From contig CAWDVP010000004.1 of NCBI GenBank assembly GCA_963805945.1, forward strand, positions 64,001-128,000: 64,000 nucleotides of DNA. Reading direction: 5' to 3'. Both the position numbers and the translations under genes were made by a program. Of the stretch, positions 1-12,981 are shown one piece after another. Below the pieces are notes generated by a model. It worked only from the letters and a program-made list of their open reading frames with translations. It did no database searches and was not told the origin of the DNA. The DNA is from Vulcanimicrobiota bacterium. GTDB taxonomy: Bacteria; Vulcanimicrobiota; Vulcanimicrobiia; Eremiobacterales; Eremiobacteraceae. Positions within the stretch are counted from its first letter, which is position 1. The number at the start of each line of letters is the position of its first letter.

Positions 1-1087
1 GCGGCGCGATGCCGACAGCCTCTCCAAACTCGGCTTCCGTTCGGTCGTGCTCGACGAAGCACAGCAGATCAAGAATCCGCAAGCCAAGATCTCGCAAGTC
101 ATCAAATCGTTGGAATCAGAGCAGCGCCTCGCGCTCACCGGCACGCCGATCGAGAACTCGGTGCTCGATCTGTGGTCGATCATGGATTTCGTCATGCCCG
201 GCCTGCTCGGCAACGAGAGCCACTTCCGCTCAGCTTTTGAGACGCCCATCATGCGCGACGGCGACGTCGAGAAGCAGCAGCGGCTCGCCAAACGCGTGCA
301 GCCGTTCATGATCCGCCGCCTCAAGACGCAGGTGGCGGCTGACCTGCCTTCGCGCACCGAGCAGACCATCGAATGCGAGATGACCCAGTCGCAGCGCAAG
401 GCGTACAAAGAGGTCGTGCTGCGCGCGCGGCGCGAGATCATGCGCGAGGTGGACGAGCACGGCATCGGGCGCGCACAGCTCTCGATCCTCGCCGCGCTCA
501 CCAAGCTGCGGCAGATCTGCAACCATCCGGGTCTGGTCGGCGAGCACTGGCGCGAGGATGAAGATGCGTCCGGCAAGTTCTCGGCGTTCCTCGAGCTGGT
601 GGATTCGATCGTCGAGTCTGGCCATCGCGTGCTCGTCTTCTCCTCGTTCACCGAGATGCTCGGCATCATCCGCGAGTCCTTCGACGCGCGCGGGCGCAAG
701 TACGCCTACCTCGACGGCGCGACGAAGCATCGGGCCAAGGTGCTCGAGGACTTCAAGCGCGAGGACGGCCCGCCGGTGTTCCTCATGAGCCTCAAGGCCG
801 GCGGCGTCGGCCTCACCGTCACCGAGGCGGACTACGTCATCCTCTACGATCCGTGGTGGAATCCGGCGATCGAGCGCCAGGCGATCGACCGCACGCACCG
901 CATCGGCCAGACCAAACCGGTCACCGCGTACCGGCTCGTCACCATCGGTTCGGTCGAACAGAAGATCCAGGCGCTCCAGGACCGCAAGCAGGCGCTCGCG
1001 GATTCGGTCATCTCGAGCGATTCGGCCTTCACCAAGAGCCTGACGCGCGAAGACCTCGACGATCTGTTCTCGACGGTGCTGGACTAG
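1..1087 (+). CDS. SNF2/RapA-family helicase, C-terminal part (5' end outside window)
   Basis: DEAQ motif II, LTGTPIEN, SLKAGGVGL, DPWWNP and QAIDRTHRIGQ motifs. Confidence 0.95.
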   Translation, partial: RRDADSLSKLGFRSVVLDEAQQIKNPQAKISQVIKSLESEQRLALTGTPIENSVLDLWSIMDFVMPGLLGNESHFRSAFETPIMRDGDVEKQQRLAKRVQPFMIRRLKTQVAADLPSRTEQTIECEMTQSQRKAYKEVVLRARREIMREVDEHGIGRAQLSILAALTKLRQICNHPGLVGEHWREDEDASGKFSAFLELVDSIVESGHRVLVFSSFTEMLGIIRESFDARGRKYAYLDGATKHRAKVLEDFKREDGPPVFLMSLKAGGVGLTVTEADYVILYDPWWNPAIERQAIDRTHRIGQTKPVTAYRLVTIGSVEQKIQALQDRKQALADSVISSDSAFTKSLTREDLDDLFSTVLD

Positions 1088-1090
1088 CTC

Positions 1091-2470
1091 TTAGCCCCAA
1101 CGCTCCAGTCGCGCGATGAGGTCCGGCACGATCGCTTCGTGCTCGGGCTTCATGAGCACGCAGCGGATGACGCTGCACTCTTGCTCATCCCACTCGACCG
1201 TCGGCAGCGCCTGCCGTCCGAGTTCCCGTCCGACACGCCACGTGGCGAGATAGAACGGCCGCGTCGCGTCGTGCTGGCACGCTCGGAAAAGCGCGGCCGT
1301 TCTCGCCGAGAGGGTTGACGCGTTGACGCGCTCGTTTTCGCGCATCGGCGCGAGCGTCCCGATATCAAGCTCCGGCGCGATGACCGGCGCGAGCTTGCCG
1401 CCGGCGAGGGCGCGTTCGTGCGCCGCCAGCGCGGCGCGGCGGCACGCTAAGAGGATGCCGCCCAAACCGTCGGTCGCGTGCAGCGGCAGGACGCGCAGGG
1501 TCGTCCATACCGCCGCGGCCGCCGCGCCGGCCCGCGAACATTCGAGGCTGATCTCCCCGAGGTGCAGCTCCTTCGAGGTGAAGTACGTGTAGGGCGAGTC
1601 GTGCTTGTAGAGCGCACCGACCGCCGGATCCTTGAAGATCACGCAGCCGCAGCCGTACGGCTGCAAGCCGTGTTTGTGCGGATCCACCACGATGGAATCG
1701 CATTCACCTAACGCCCGCCACGGCGCGGCGTCCATGCGCGCCTCGGGCAGCCCGGAGATGAGGGTGAAGAAGCCGCCGTACGCCGCGTCCGCGTGGACGC
1801 GCCAGCCGCGCTCGCGCGCGAGCGCGACGCACCTCGTCGATAGGATCGACCGCACCCGCAGCGGTCGTGCCGGCGGTGACGACGACGGTGCCGATGCGCT
1901 GCGCGCGTGCGTCGCCCGCGAGCGCGCCGACGTCGAGCCTGCCGCGCGCGTCGACCGGCAGCACGAGCGTCTCGACGCCGAGCAGCTCGCACATGCGCGC
2001 GTGCGTGTAGTGCGCTTCGGCCGAGAACGCGATGACGCTGTCAGGGCGCACGCGCGAGGCAACCCACAGCGCCTCGAGATTGGCGATGGTGCCGGAACTG
2101 GTGAGATGGCCGAGATGGTCCGCGCCATAGCCGAACATCGCGGCGAACGCGGCGACGACCTCACGCTCGAGCGCGGCGGTCGCCGGACCGCCGTCGAGCG
2201 CGTGGTTGTTCGGGTTGATGCGCGCCGCCGCGAGATACGCGGCGAGCGCGACGGGATGAGGCGGCGCCAGCATCTGGCCGGCGTAGTCCGGGTGGAAGAA
2301 CGGGTAGTTGTCGCGGAGGCGCTCGACGAGCGCATCGAGCGCCGCGGCGGCGACCGTGTCGTCGACGCGAGCGCTCGGTGCGGGTTCGAAGGGCCGCCAG
2401 GTCTGCTCCCAGGCGGCGATGCCGTCGAGGGCGCGCGCGAGGAGCGCGCGGAACTGCGGCGAGTCTTTGT
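1091..2470 (-). CDS. Group II PLP-dependent decarboxylase (frameshift near 1830; no canonical start found)
   Basis: N-half in ORF 1704..2273 (TSSGTIAN, AHYTH, GTTAAGAVD); C-half in ORF 1091..2335 (HADAAYGG, DPHK PLP lysine). Confidence 0.85.
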   Translation of the reverse strand, partial: TKTRRSSARSSRAPSTASPPGSRPGGPSNPHRALASTTRSPPRRSMRSSSASATTTRSSTRTTPARCWRRLIPSRSPRISRRRASTRTTTRSTAVRRPPRSSVRSSPRSPRCSAMARTISAISPVPAPSPISRRCGLPRACALTASSRSRPKRTTRTRACASCSASRRSCCRSTRAAGSTSARSRATHARSASAPSSSPPARPLRVRSILSTRCVALARERGWRVHADAAYGGFFTLISGLPEARMDAAPWRALGECDSIVVDPHKHGLQPYGCGCVIFKDPAVGALYKHDSPYTYFTSKELHLGEISLECSRAGAAAAAVWTTLRVLPLHATDGLGGILLACRRAALAAHERALAGGKLAPVIAPELDIGTLAPMRENERVNASTLSARTAALFRACQHDATRPFYLATWRVGRELGRQALPTVEWDEQECSVIRCVLMKPEHEAIVPDLIARLERWG

Positions 2471-3157
2471 CTACTGCTGTTTCTCGCCGCTCACGAGGAT
2501 GATGGCGCGCTTATCGGAGCTCTTGAACTCGTTGACCGCGCCGATGGCGGCGCCGAGCGGCGAGCTCTTGTCGGTCATCTCGCTGATCGACATGCCGGTG
2601 CGTTGCTTGACCTGCGCGTCGATGCCTTGACGCATCGGCAGCGGCATGGAGTTGTATCTGTCGAGCAGCGCGAGCACGGGTCCGAGCTTCGTCGTGACCA
2701 GCTTCGGGTCCATGACGATGATCGTCGCGCCCTTGTTGGACCCGCTGACGAACGCCACGTAGTCGACGCCGTACTTGCGCGCTTCTGCGTGGACCGACTC
2801 GCCGCCGGGATCGCTCTTCTTCCATCCTTCGGGCGGTGCCGCGGCGACGCTCGCCAGCCATTTCGCGAGATCCGCATCCGCCGCGAGCGACGACGCGACC
2901 ACTTCGTGGCCGACGTATGTGCCTTTGCCCATCGAGGACAAGGGATTGCCGGCCTGCTGCGTCGGGTCGAGGACCTGGTGGAAGTCGCGCGTGTCGATGA
3001 TGACCGCGTCGGCGATGAGCGGCAGGCCCGTCGTGTTGGTCAATGTCGTCGCCGGCGAAGCGCCGCCTGCAGGCGCGGACGTCTGTTCCGATTGTTTGGC
3101 GCAGCCTGTGGCCAGCAGCGCGGCGCACGCGGCAGCCGCGAAAAGGCGGTAATCCAT
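2471..3157 (-). CDS. Hypothetical lipoprotein
   Basis: MDYRLFAAAACAALLATG-C signal peptide and lipobox; typical codon usage. Confidence 0.7.
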   Translation of the reverse strand: MDYRLFAAAACAALLATGCAKQSEQTSAPAGGASPATTLTNTTGLPLIADAVIIDTRDFHQVLDPTQQAGNPLSSMGKGTYVGHEVVASSLAADADLAKWLASVAAAPPEGWKKSDPGGESVHAEARKYGVDYVAFVSGSNKGATIIVMDPKLVTTKLGPVLALLDRYNSMPLPMRQGIDAQVKQRTGMSISEMTDKSSPLGAAIGAVNEFKSSDKRAIILVSGEKQQ

Positions 3158-3173
3158 GCTCACATGATCCTCT

Positions 3174-4332
3174 TCAGCGTCGTGCGATGGAGACCCATGG
3201 CAGACCCACAAGTCCGGTGTACTCGACTTGCGGTCGAATCAGACGATTGTCCTGCATCTGTTCCATCACATGCGCGGTCCAGCCGGCGGTGCGCGAGCAC
3301 GCGAACATGCAGGTGAACGTGTCGGGTTCGAGGCCGAGCGCGTACAGCGTCGGCGCCGTGTAGAATTCCACGTTGGCGTAGAGGCGCCGGCCCGGCTTCT
3401 TCTCGTCGAGCACGTGGACCGCGACGTCTTCGAGTCTGCGCGCGACCGCATACCATTGCGGTTTCCCCATGCCCTGACCGAGATCGCGCGCCATGCGTTC
3501 GAGCGGCTCCGCGCGCGGATCGCGCACTTTGTACTCGCGATGACCGATGCCCATGACGCGGCCGCCCTTGTCGACGAGCGCGCGCACATACGCCTCGGCC
3601 TTATCGGGTTCGCCGATGTCGAGGATCATCTTCATGACTTTGCCGGGCGCGCCGCCGTGCAGATCGCCCTGCAGCGTGGCGATCGCCGCGGTCACGGCGG
3701 CATACATGTCGGCCCACGTGCTCGCCGCGACGCGCGCCGCGAACGTCGAAGCGTTGAAGCCGTGATCGGCGAGCAGCACGAAGTACACGTCGAGCGCGCG
3801 CGCGGCCGTCTCGTCCGGTGGCGTGCCGTTCTTCATATAGAGGAAGTTGGCGGCGTGCGACAGGTCCTCACGCGGGGCGATCGGTTCTTCGCCGCGGCGC
3901 AGACGGTCCCACGCGGCGACCGCGGTCGCCGGCGCTTGCGGTGAGCCGGATCGCGGTGGCGATGTCGGAGACGTGCGTGCCGTCGGCACGGACGGGCACG
4001 GACAGCGAGAGCGACGACATGACCGTGCGCAGCACGTCCATCGGCCACGCCTTGCGATCGATGCCGTGCATCATCGCGAGCACGTGCTGCGGCAGCGCAC
4101 GTTGCGCCGCCATGTCGCTGCGCAATACGTCGAGCTCCGCCTGATTGGGCAGGCGCCCCGACCACAACAGATAGCAGACCTCTTCGTATGAGGCGTTGGA
4201 CGCGAGGTCGGCGATGTCGTAGCCTCGATAGGTGAGGCGTCCCTCCTGGCCGGCTACCTTGCTGATGCCGGTCGAGCCGACGATGACGCCTTCGAGGCCC
4301 GGGTCGACGGTGATGCTGCTGTCTTTGACGAT
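3174..4332 (-). CDS. Citrate synthase / methylcitrate synthase (frameshift near 3930)
   Basis: GLEGVIV and GRLTYRGYDI at the N-terminus; DHGFNASTF, LHGGA, GIGHREYKVRDPRA, ANVEFY, RLIRP. Confidence 0.92.
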
Positions 4333-4449
4333 TGGTCCTCCTTGTAAGCCCGCGGGACTTCTTGCGAGCGGGCGAAGGCACCTCGGACTTGAGAGGGCGC
4401 GGCGGGACATAACGGGGGCTGGGTGTGCGTCAGGTCGAAGACTGGCTTC

Positions 4450-5643
4450 GTGGCTCGCCCTATCAGTTCGTCGAACGGTCGCCGCCCCATGCTGTTCTTG
4501 TTCTCCGACACGGGCGGCGGGCATCGCACGGCGGCCGAAGCGATCGAAGTCGCCTGCAAACGCGCGCAGCCCGGCCAGCCCGTGCCGACCGAGATGATCG
4601 ACGCCTTTGAGGCATGCGGCATCTTCCCGCTGCGCGAGGGCATCAAGACGTATGGCGCACTGCTCAACGTGCGTCCAAGCCCGTATCCGGCGCTCTTCCA
4701 CCTTTCCAACGGCCGGACGCGCTCGCGCATTATGACAGAGCTCGGCAAACCTTTTATCCGGCGCAACTTCCGCGAGCTGCTCGAGCGCCTCAATCCGTCG
4801 CTCGTCGTCTCGGTGCATCCGCTGTTGAACGAGCTGGCGCGCGAGACGATCGACGAGCTCGGGCTGCGCGCGCCGTTCGTCACCGTCATCACCGATCTCG
4901 TCACCATCCATCATTCGTGGACGTCGGATTCGGCCGCCGATGAATACGTCGTCGCGTCGCCAGAGGCCGCGCACGTCTGCACGAGCCGCGATATCCCGGC
5001 CTCGCGCGTGCACGATCTCGGCCTGCCGATCCGCGACGGTTTCTCGCCGGCCGTCGACGCGGTCGCGGCGAAGACGCGCCTCGGTCTCGATCCGCAGCGG
5101 CGCGTGCTGCTCGTGATGTCGGGCGGCGAAGGCGGCGGCAAGCTGCGCAGCATCCTGCGCCGCGTCGCAGGCGTCGTGCGCGCGCTTAACCTTCAGGTCG
5201 TCGCCATCTGCGGACGCAACGAAGCGCTGCGCGAACAGCTGACTGCGCTCGCTCCGCGCTTAGGCCCGGGTGCGCAGGTGCACGGCTTCGTGACCAACGT
5301 CGCGGATCACATGCGCGCGGCCGACGCGCTGCTGTCCAAGGCGGGGCCCGGCACGATCGCCGAGGCGTCGGCGTGCGGTCTGCCGATCGTCGTGTGCGAT
5401 TACATCTCCGGCCAGGAAGCCGGCAATCTCGCGTACGTCGAGTCGCGCAGCGCCGGCGTCGTCGCGCTCGAGCCGTCCGACGTGAGCGCGACGCTGCGGC
5501 GGCTATTCGGATCCGACTCGGGTCCGTTGGCGAGGCTCAAAGCGGGCGCGCTCGCGAGCGCGCGGCCGCACGCGGCCGACGACATCGCGCGGTTCTTGCT
5601 TGGATTGCTCTCGCGAGCGGAGACGCGCGCAGCCGCTCGCTAA
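4450..5643 (+). CDS. MGDG synthase/UgtP-like GT28 glycosyltransferase
   Basis: SDTGGGH, VITD, GLPIR, SKAGPGTIAEA, GQEAGN; start could be 4450 or 4489. Confidence 0.9.
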   Translation: MARPISSSNGRRPMLFLFSDTGGGHRTAAEAIEVACKRAQPGQPVPTEMIDAFEACGIFPLREGIKTYGALLNVRPSPYPALFHLSNGRTRSRIMTELGKPFIRRNFRELLERLNPSLVVSVHPLLNELARETIDELGLRAPFVTVITDLVTIHHSWTSDSAADEYVVASPEAAHVCTSRDIPASRVHDLGLPIRDGFSPAVDAVAAKTRLGLDPQRRVLLVMSGGEGGGKLRSILRRVAGVVRALNLQVVAICGRNEALREQLTALAPRLGPGAQVHGFVTNVADHMRAADALLSKAGPGTIAEASACGLPIVVCDYISGQEAGNLAYVESRSAGVVALEPSDVSATLRRLFGSDSGPLARLKAGALASARPHAADDIARFLLGLLSRAETRAAAR

Positions 5644-5651
5644 AAGCTTTA

Positions 5652-6122
5652 CTACTGCCTGGCCGCCGTGGGTACGGACTCCACGGGAACTATCCTCGAC
5701 GCGAAAACTTTTTCGGTGATTTTCAAATTGAGTACCAGGCCGAGTCCCGCGCTAAGGGCAAACGCCGGTAACCACCAGTGTGACGGACTACGCAAGATAA
5801 TGGGGAGCGACCCCAGACCACATGCGATGAAGAACGAAGCGAAGAACTCGATAAATAGTAAGGGGTTGCGTAATCGCAATGTCGGGCTTAGCGACCACGA
5901 CGGGCGTTGCCAGGTCGCATCGCAGAGTCCAAGTGCAACGTTGACGGCCACTGTGGCTAGCGGCCCGATCGCAAAGAAGACGAGGGGAACGAATACTAGA
6001 CCCCACGGCGGTTGACTGAGCGTCCAAACGTCAGGAGCGGTAAAGGCAAAAACAGCGTTCGTCACCACGAGGCCCGAGAAGAGCAGAATCCGGAAAGCGA
6101 ACCAAAAGGACGCTGGTTTCAC
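5652..6122 (-). CDS. Hypothetical membrane protein, visibly lower GC than its neighbours
   Basis: About 4 hydrophobic segments; fills the gap between two genes. Confidence 0.55.
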   Translation of the reverse strand: MKPASFWFAFRILLFSGLVVTNAVFAFTAPDVWTLSQPPWGLVFVPLVFFAIGPLATVAVNVALGLCDATWQRPSWSLSPTLRLRNPLLFIEFFASFFIACGLGSLPIILRSPSHWWLPAFALSAGLGLVLNLKITEKVFASRIVPVESVPTAARQ

Positions 6123-6134
6123 GCGGCCAGACTC

Positions 6135-7085
6135 TTACGGTATCCCGTGGAGCGCGAGACACGCCGCGCCGACGATTCCCGCTTTGTTGCCCAGTTTCGC
6201 GCTGACGATCGCCGTGTGGCCCTTGGGCACCATGGTCGTCTGTTCGTCGACGAGCTGCTTCAGCGGGGTGGCGAGTAGCAGATGGTCGGTCTTGCCGACG
6301 CCGCCGCCCAATGCGATCATCTCCGGGTTGACGAACGCGACGATGTTCGCGACGCCGATCGCGAGGTCACCGAGCCATGCGCGCCACGTCGCGATGGCGT
6401 GCAGATCGCCCGCGGCGACGCCGCGCACGACCGTCTTCGAACCCCATTGCTCGTGCGGCACGCTGGTGAGCAGCGTGCTGCGGGGAAACGACGACGCGAG
6501 CCGCAGCGCGTGTCGCAGCAGCGCCGTACCGGAGGCTTGCGCCTCGAAACAGCCGATCTTGCCGCAGGTGCAGTGAAACCCGGTTACAGGTTGGATGACG
6601 TGGTGGCCGACTTCGCCGGCGCCCATCGAGTGGCCGAGCGCGAGCTTGCCGTTGCTGACGATGCCGCCGCCGATGCCCGTTCCTAGCGTGATGAGTGCGA
6701 AATCGCGCGTGCCCTTCCCGACGCCGTGCAGGTATTCGCCGATGGTGGCGCAGCGCGCGTCGTTGAGGATGTGCACCGGATGCGCGAGCTTCTTCTCGAG
6801 CTTGGCGCGCAGCGGCACGTCGTGCCAGTCGAAGTTGGGGGAGAAGCGCACCATGCCGGTGCGTTCATCGATGTTGCCGGGCGAACCGATGCCGATGCCG
6901 GCGAGCTTCTTGCCGCGGAGCGCCGTCTTCGCTCGATCGACGACTCTGGCGATCTCGTTGACGACGTACTTGACGTCATGGGCCTCAAGCTCGCGGCTGA
7001 AGACCTCGTGGACCTTGCCGCGCTCGTCGACCGGTGCTGCGGCGACGTGCGTGCCGCCGAGGTCGATGCCGATCGCCCACTTCAC
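6135..7085 (-). CDS. ROK family sugar kinase (glucokinase-like)
   Basis: GIDLGGT, NDA, GTGIGGG, GEVGH, CTCGKIGCFE zinc motif. Confidence 0.93.
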   Translation of the reverse strand: MKWAIGIDLGGTHVAAAPVDERGKVHEVFSRELEAHDVKYVVNEIARVVDRAKTALRGKKLAGIGIGSPGNIDERTGMVRFSPNFDWHDVPLRAKLEKKLAHPVHILNDARCATIGEYLHGVGKGTRDFALITLGTGIGGGIVSNGKLALGHSMGAGEVGHHVIQPVTGFHCTCGKIGCFEAQASGTALLRHALRLASSFPRSTLLTSVPHEQWGSKTVVRGVAAGDLHAIATWRAWLGDLAIGVANIVAFVNPEMIALGGGVGKTDHLLLATPLKQLVDEQTTMVPKGHTAIVSAKLGNKAGIVGAACLALHGIP

Positions 7086-7102
7086 GCTGCCGCTCCATTC
7101 TA

Positions 7103-7189
7103 TGGTGCCCAGGACAGGACTCGAACCTGCACCGGTTTTACCCGACTAGCCCCTCAAACTAGCGCGTCTACCAATTCCGCCACCTGGGC
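7103..7189 (-). tRNA. tRNA-Leu(GAG)
   Basis: GCCCAGG/CCTGGGC acceptor stem, encoded CCA, GGTTCGAGTCC T-arm, anticodon loop TT-GAG-GG, long variable arm. Confidence 0.96.
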
Positions 7190-7256
7190 AAGGTGTCTGC
7201 TTCATATACGACTTCGCGGGGAGCCGACCTCTCGGCCGCCTAGAAAGCGCTACGAC

Positions 7257-8180
7257 TTATTGCACGTTGGGATCGAGCGCGTCGCGCAGGCCGTCGCCGA
7301 TGTAGTTGATGGCGAGCACGGTGATGAAGATGCACAGACCCGGGAAGACCGCCGCCCACCACGCGATCTGCACGTTCTCTTGCGCGTTGGCGAGCATGCT
7401 GCCCCACGACGCGGTCGGCGGCTGGATGCCGAAGCCGAGGAACGACAGCGCGGACTCCAAGATGATGATGCCGGCGACGTCCAACGTCGCTTGGACGATG
7501 ATCGGCGCGACCGCGTTGGGCAGCAGGTGTTTGAACATGATGCTCAGGTTCTTGCTGCCGATCGCGCGCGCGGCCTCGCAGAACTCCTTCTCGCGCAGGC
7601 TCAGGAACGCGCCGCGCACGAGACGCGCGACGGGCATCCACGAGAGCAGGCCGATGATCATCGCGATCGTGACGAAGTTGAGCGATGCCTTCGACGAGGT
7701 CGCGGCGACGATGCCGGTGAGCACGAGCAGCAGCGGCAGCAGCGGGATCGACAAGAACACGTCAGTGATGCGCATGAGCGCCCAGTCGAGCCAGCCGCCG
7801 AAAAAGCCGGCGAAGGCGCCGACGATGGTGCCGAGGATGACCTCGATCGCCATGGCGACGAACGCGAGCGACAACGAGATCTGCCCGCCGTACATCAGAC
7901 GCGACAGCATGTCGCGGCCGAGCTCGTCGGTGCCGAGGCTGTGCCCGTGCACGCCCAAGCCGAGCGGCGTGCCCGACCAGGCCGGGTCGATGGCGGCGGG
8001 ATCGTATGGGGCGATCCATTTCGCCAACACTGCGGCGAGCACGAAGATCAAGAACACGACGGCTCCGGCGAGCGCGAGGCGATGCCGGCTGAACTTCTTC
8101 CAGACGAGGCTGCGCGATGCGATCGCCTCGTCGTCGAAGACGGCGATCGGCGGCGGGAGCGTTCCGGATGCGACTGCCAC
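7257..8180 (-). CDS. Peptide ABC transporter permease (OppC/DppC family)
   Basis: LGTDELGRD, EAARAIG, ESALSFLGFG, GDGLRDALDP. Confidence 0.95.
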   Translation of the reverse strand: MAVASGTLPPPIAVFDDEAIASRSLVWKKFSRHRLALAGAVVFLIFVLAAVLAKWIAPYDPAAIDPAWSGTPLGLGVHGHSLGTDELGRDMLSRLMYGGQISLSLAFVAMAIEVILGTIVGAFAGFFGGWLDWALMRITDVFLSIPLLPLLLVLTGIVAATSSKASLNFVTIAMIIGLLSWMPVARLVRGAFLSLREKEFCEAARAIGSKNLSIMFKHLLPNAVAPIIVQATLDVAGIIILESALSFLGFGIQPPTASWGSMLANAQENVQIAWWAAVFPGLCIFITVLAINYIGDGLRDALDPNVQ

Positions 8181-8190
8181 GGCCGGCCTC

Positions 8191-9174
8191 CTAGTCGTAC
8201 TTCACGCGCGGGTCGAGCCAGCCGTAGGCCAGATCCGCGAGCAAGTTGCTCAAGACCACCAACGTCGAGATGATGATGAGGTAGCCCATGAGCAGCGAGA
8301 AGTCTTGTTGCCCGAGCGCGGTGTAGAACAAGCGGCCCATGCCCGGCCAGGCGAAGATCGTCTCGGTGATGATCGCGCCGCCGATGACGCCGGGGATGGT
8401 GAGCGCGATGACGGTGACCACCGGCATGAGGCCGTTCTTGAGCCCGTGCTTGAAGAGAATGGTGCCGAACGGCAAGCCCTTGGCCGCCGCGGTGCGCATG
8501 TAGTCGGTGTGCAGCACTTCCTGCATCGACGCGCGCGTGAAGCGCGACCAGGTCGCGACCTGGATGAGCGCGAGCACGGTCACCGGCAGCACGAGATGCG
8601 CGGCGAGATCCCAGAAGCCGCCGCCGTCGGTGGACATGACGCCCGCGGACGGCAATTGGAAGTCGATGCGGTAGCCGAAGGCCTGCACGTGGAGGCCGTT
8701 GACCGCGAAGAGCCACTGCAGCATGAGCGCGAACCAGAACGACGGCATCGACTGGCCGAAGAACGCGAAGGTCGTGACGAAGTAGTCGAGCGTCGAATAC
8801 GGCCGCAGCGCGGCGAGGATGCCGGCGATCAGACCGATGACGAGCGACACGAGGAACGCGGTCACCATGAGTTCGAGCGTCGCCGGCAGGCGTTCGAGCA
8901 GCGCCTCGGTCACCGTCGTCGAATTGAGCTGCGACCAGCCGAGATTGCCGTGGAGCACTTGGTTGAGCCAGGCCAGGTATTGCACGTAGACGGGGCGGTC
9001 GAGCCCGAGATTATGGCGCAGGCGCGCGATGTCGGCCGCGGTGAGATGCGGGTTGCCGGCATAGGCGGCCAGACCGCCGCCCGGCATCTGGTGCAAGATG
9101 AGGAACAGGATCACGCTGATGAAGATCAGCAGCGGGATCGCCTGCAGCGTGCGGCGGATGGCGTAGATCAGCAT
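8191..9174 (-). CDS. Peptide ABC transporter permease (OppB/DppB family)
   Basis: LGLDRP, RTAAAKGL, ETIFAWPGMG, LDPRV. Confidence 0.95.
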   Translation of the reverse strand: MLIYAIRRTLQAIPLLIFISVILFLILHQMPGGGLAAYAGNPHLTAADIARLRHNLGLDRPVYVQYLAWLNQVLHGNLGWSQLNSTTVTEALLERLPATLELMVTAFLVSLVIGLIAGILAALRPYSTLDYFVTTFAFFGQSMPSFWFALMLQWLFAVNGLHVQAFGYRIDFQLPSAGVMSTDGGGFWDLAAHLVLPVTVLALIQVATWSRFTRASMQEVLHTDYMRTAAAKGLPFGTILFKHGLKNGLMPVVTVIALTIPGVIGGAIITETIFAWPGMGRLFYTALGQQDFSLLMGYLIIISTLVVLSNLLADLAYGWLDPRVKYD

Positions 9175-9192
9175 TCGTATCCCACCCTTAGA

Positions 9193-9645
9193 TCACGGGC
9201 TCGACGGGCTGGGAGGGGTGACGGGCTTGCCGTCCGGCCGGCGCACGTCGTCGGCCACCACCCACCCATACCGTCCACGATTCGGACCCTTGTTCAGCTT
9301 GACGCCGACCAGGTCCACGTCTGTTTTCCCGTATTGCGGCCGTACCGCCGACGGACGGCAGTCGATGACGATCGCCGAGGTGCCCGGGTGCGCGAGGAGC
9401 GTATGCCGTAGCACGCTCTCCGTGTCGTAGTTGCCCTGCTCGTAGGCGATGAGATGGGCCGCCGAATCCCACACGAAGACGTCGGGATCGAGGCCTTGCG
9501 AAGCGAGCACGATGGGATCCCCTCGCGACACCACGCACGCCGCCACCGGTCCTGCGACGCCGACGAGCGCTATAAGGATAAGACCCGCAACGGTGCTCCG
9601 CCACACGACCAGCATGCGGTTGGCGAGGTTCGCTGTCCCGCGCAC
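9193..9645 (-). CDS. Hypothetical secreted protein
   Basis: Hydrophobic N-terminal segment followed by a globular region; start uncertain. Confidence 0.55.
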   Translation of the reverse strand: MRGTANLANRMLVVWRSTVAGLILIALVGVAGPVAACVVSRGDPIVLASQGLDPDVFVWDSAAHLIAYEQGNYDTESVLRHTLLAHPGTSAIVIDCRPSAVRPQYGKTDVDLVGVKLNKGPNRGRYGWVVADDVRRPDGKPVTPPSPSSP

Positions 9646-9665
9646 CGCATCCCGCCTAGGGCCTA

Positions 9666-9730
9666 TGTAGGGGTCGATCTTCAGATCGACCCGCGTCGAG
9701 CAAGGGCCGACCTAAAGGTCGGCCCCTACA
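9666..9730. repeat. Inverted doublet of GTAG-tagged REP palindromes (REPIN-like, family A)
   Basis: TGTAGGGGTCGATCTTCAGATCGACCC ... GGGCCGACCTAAAGGTCGGCCCCTACA. Confidence 0.9.
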
Positions 9731-9745
9731 TGCGCCTTGGGCGGG

Positions 9746-12509
<2,764 letters not shown>

Positions 12510-12594
12510 GATGGCATGAGTTTTCGGCGGCGAATCTGCGCGGGCCTATGCGGCAAGGATTCGGCGCCGGTATCGGCGCAACGGCCTTGACACA

Positions 12595-12981
12595 TTGGTT
12601 CAACGTGGCAACCCGCTCGCATGGGCCTCGCTCGGCGCGGGCGCGATCATCAGCTGTCTCGTCGCCGGCTTCGAGGCGGCGGCATGGGCGCATACCGACA
12701 AGACCGAGAAGATCGTCGGCTTCTTCGCGCTCGCGGTGTGCGTGCTCGGCATCGATTCGCTGATGAAGGCGCGCAGCGGCATGCAGATCGTCACCGCCGG
12801 CCCGGTCAAGCTGCGGCTGCTCGCCGCCGGGCTGCTCACCGCGCTCGCGCTCGTGCTGCTCGGCGTGCAGATCAGCGCGACCGGTTTCGCTTTCAACGTC
12901 CGCCTCATGTTCGATGCGGTGTTCTTCTCGATCGGATTGGTGATGCTTGGCCAAGCTCTCTTCAGCGCAGCGACTCGCTAG
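12595..12981 (+). CDS. Hypothetical membrane protein (about 4 TM)
   Basis: Four hydrophobic stretches. Confidence 0.6.
   Translation: MVQRGNPLAWASLGAGAIISCLVAGFEAAAWAHTDKTEKIVGFFALAVCVLGIDSLMKARSGMQIVTAGPVKLRLLAAGLLTALALVLLGVQISATGFAFNVRLMFDAVFFSIGLVMLGQALFSAATR

Noticed and set aside
5652..7189. tRNA-Leu as an island integration site, given the nearby lower-GC ORF
   Set aside because: No integrase and no duplicated tRNA 3' end were seen; the gene next to the tRNA is an ordinary ROK kinase
7306..9411. Long antisense ORFs (also 30472..32121, 62547..63941 and others)
   Set aside because: These are shadow frames expected in high-GC DNA opposite well-supported genes
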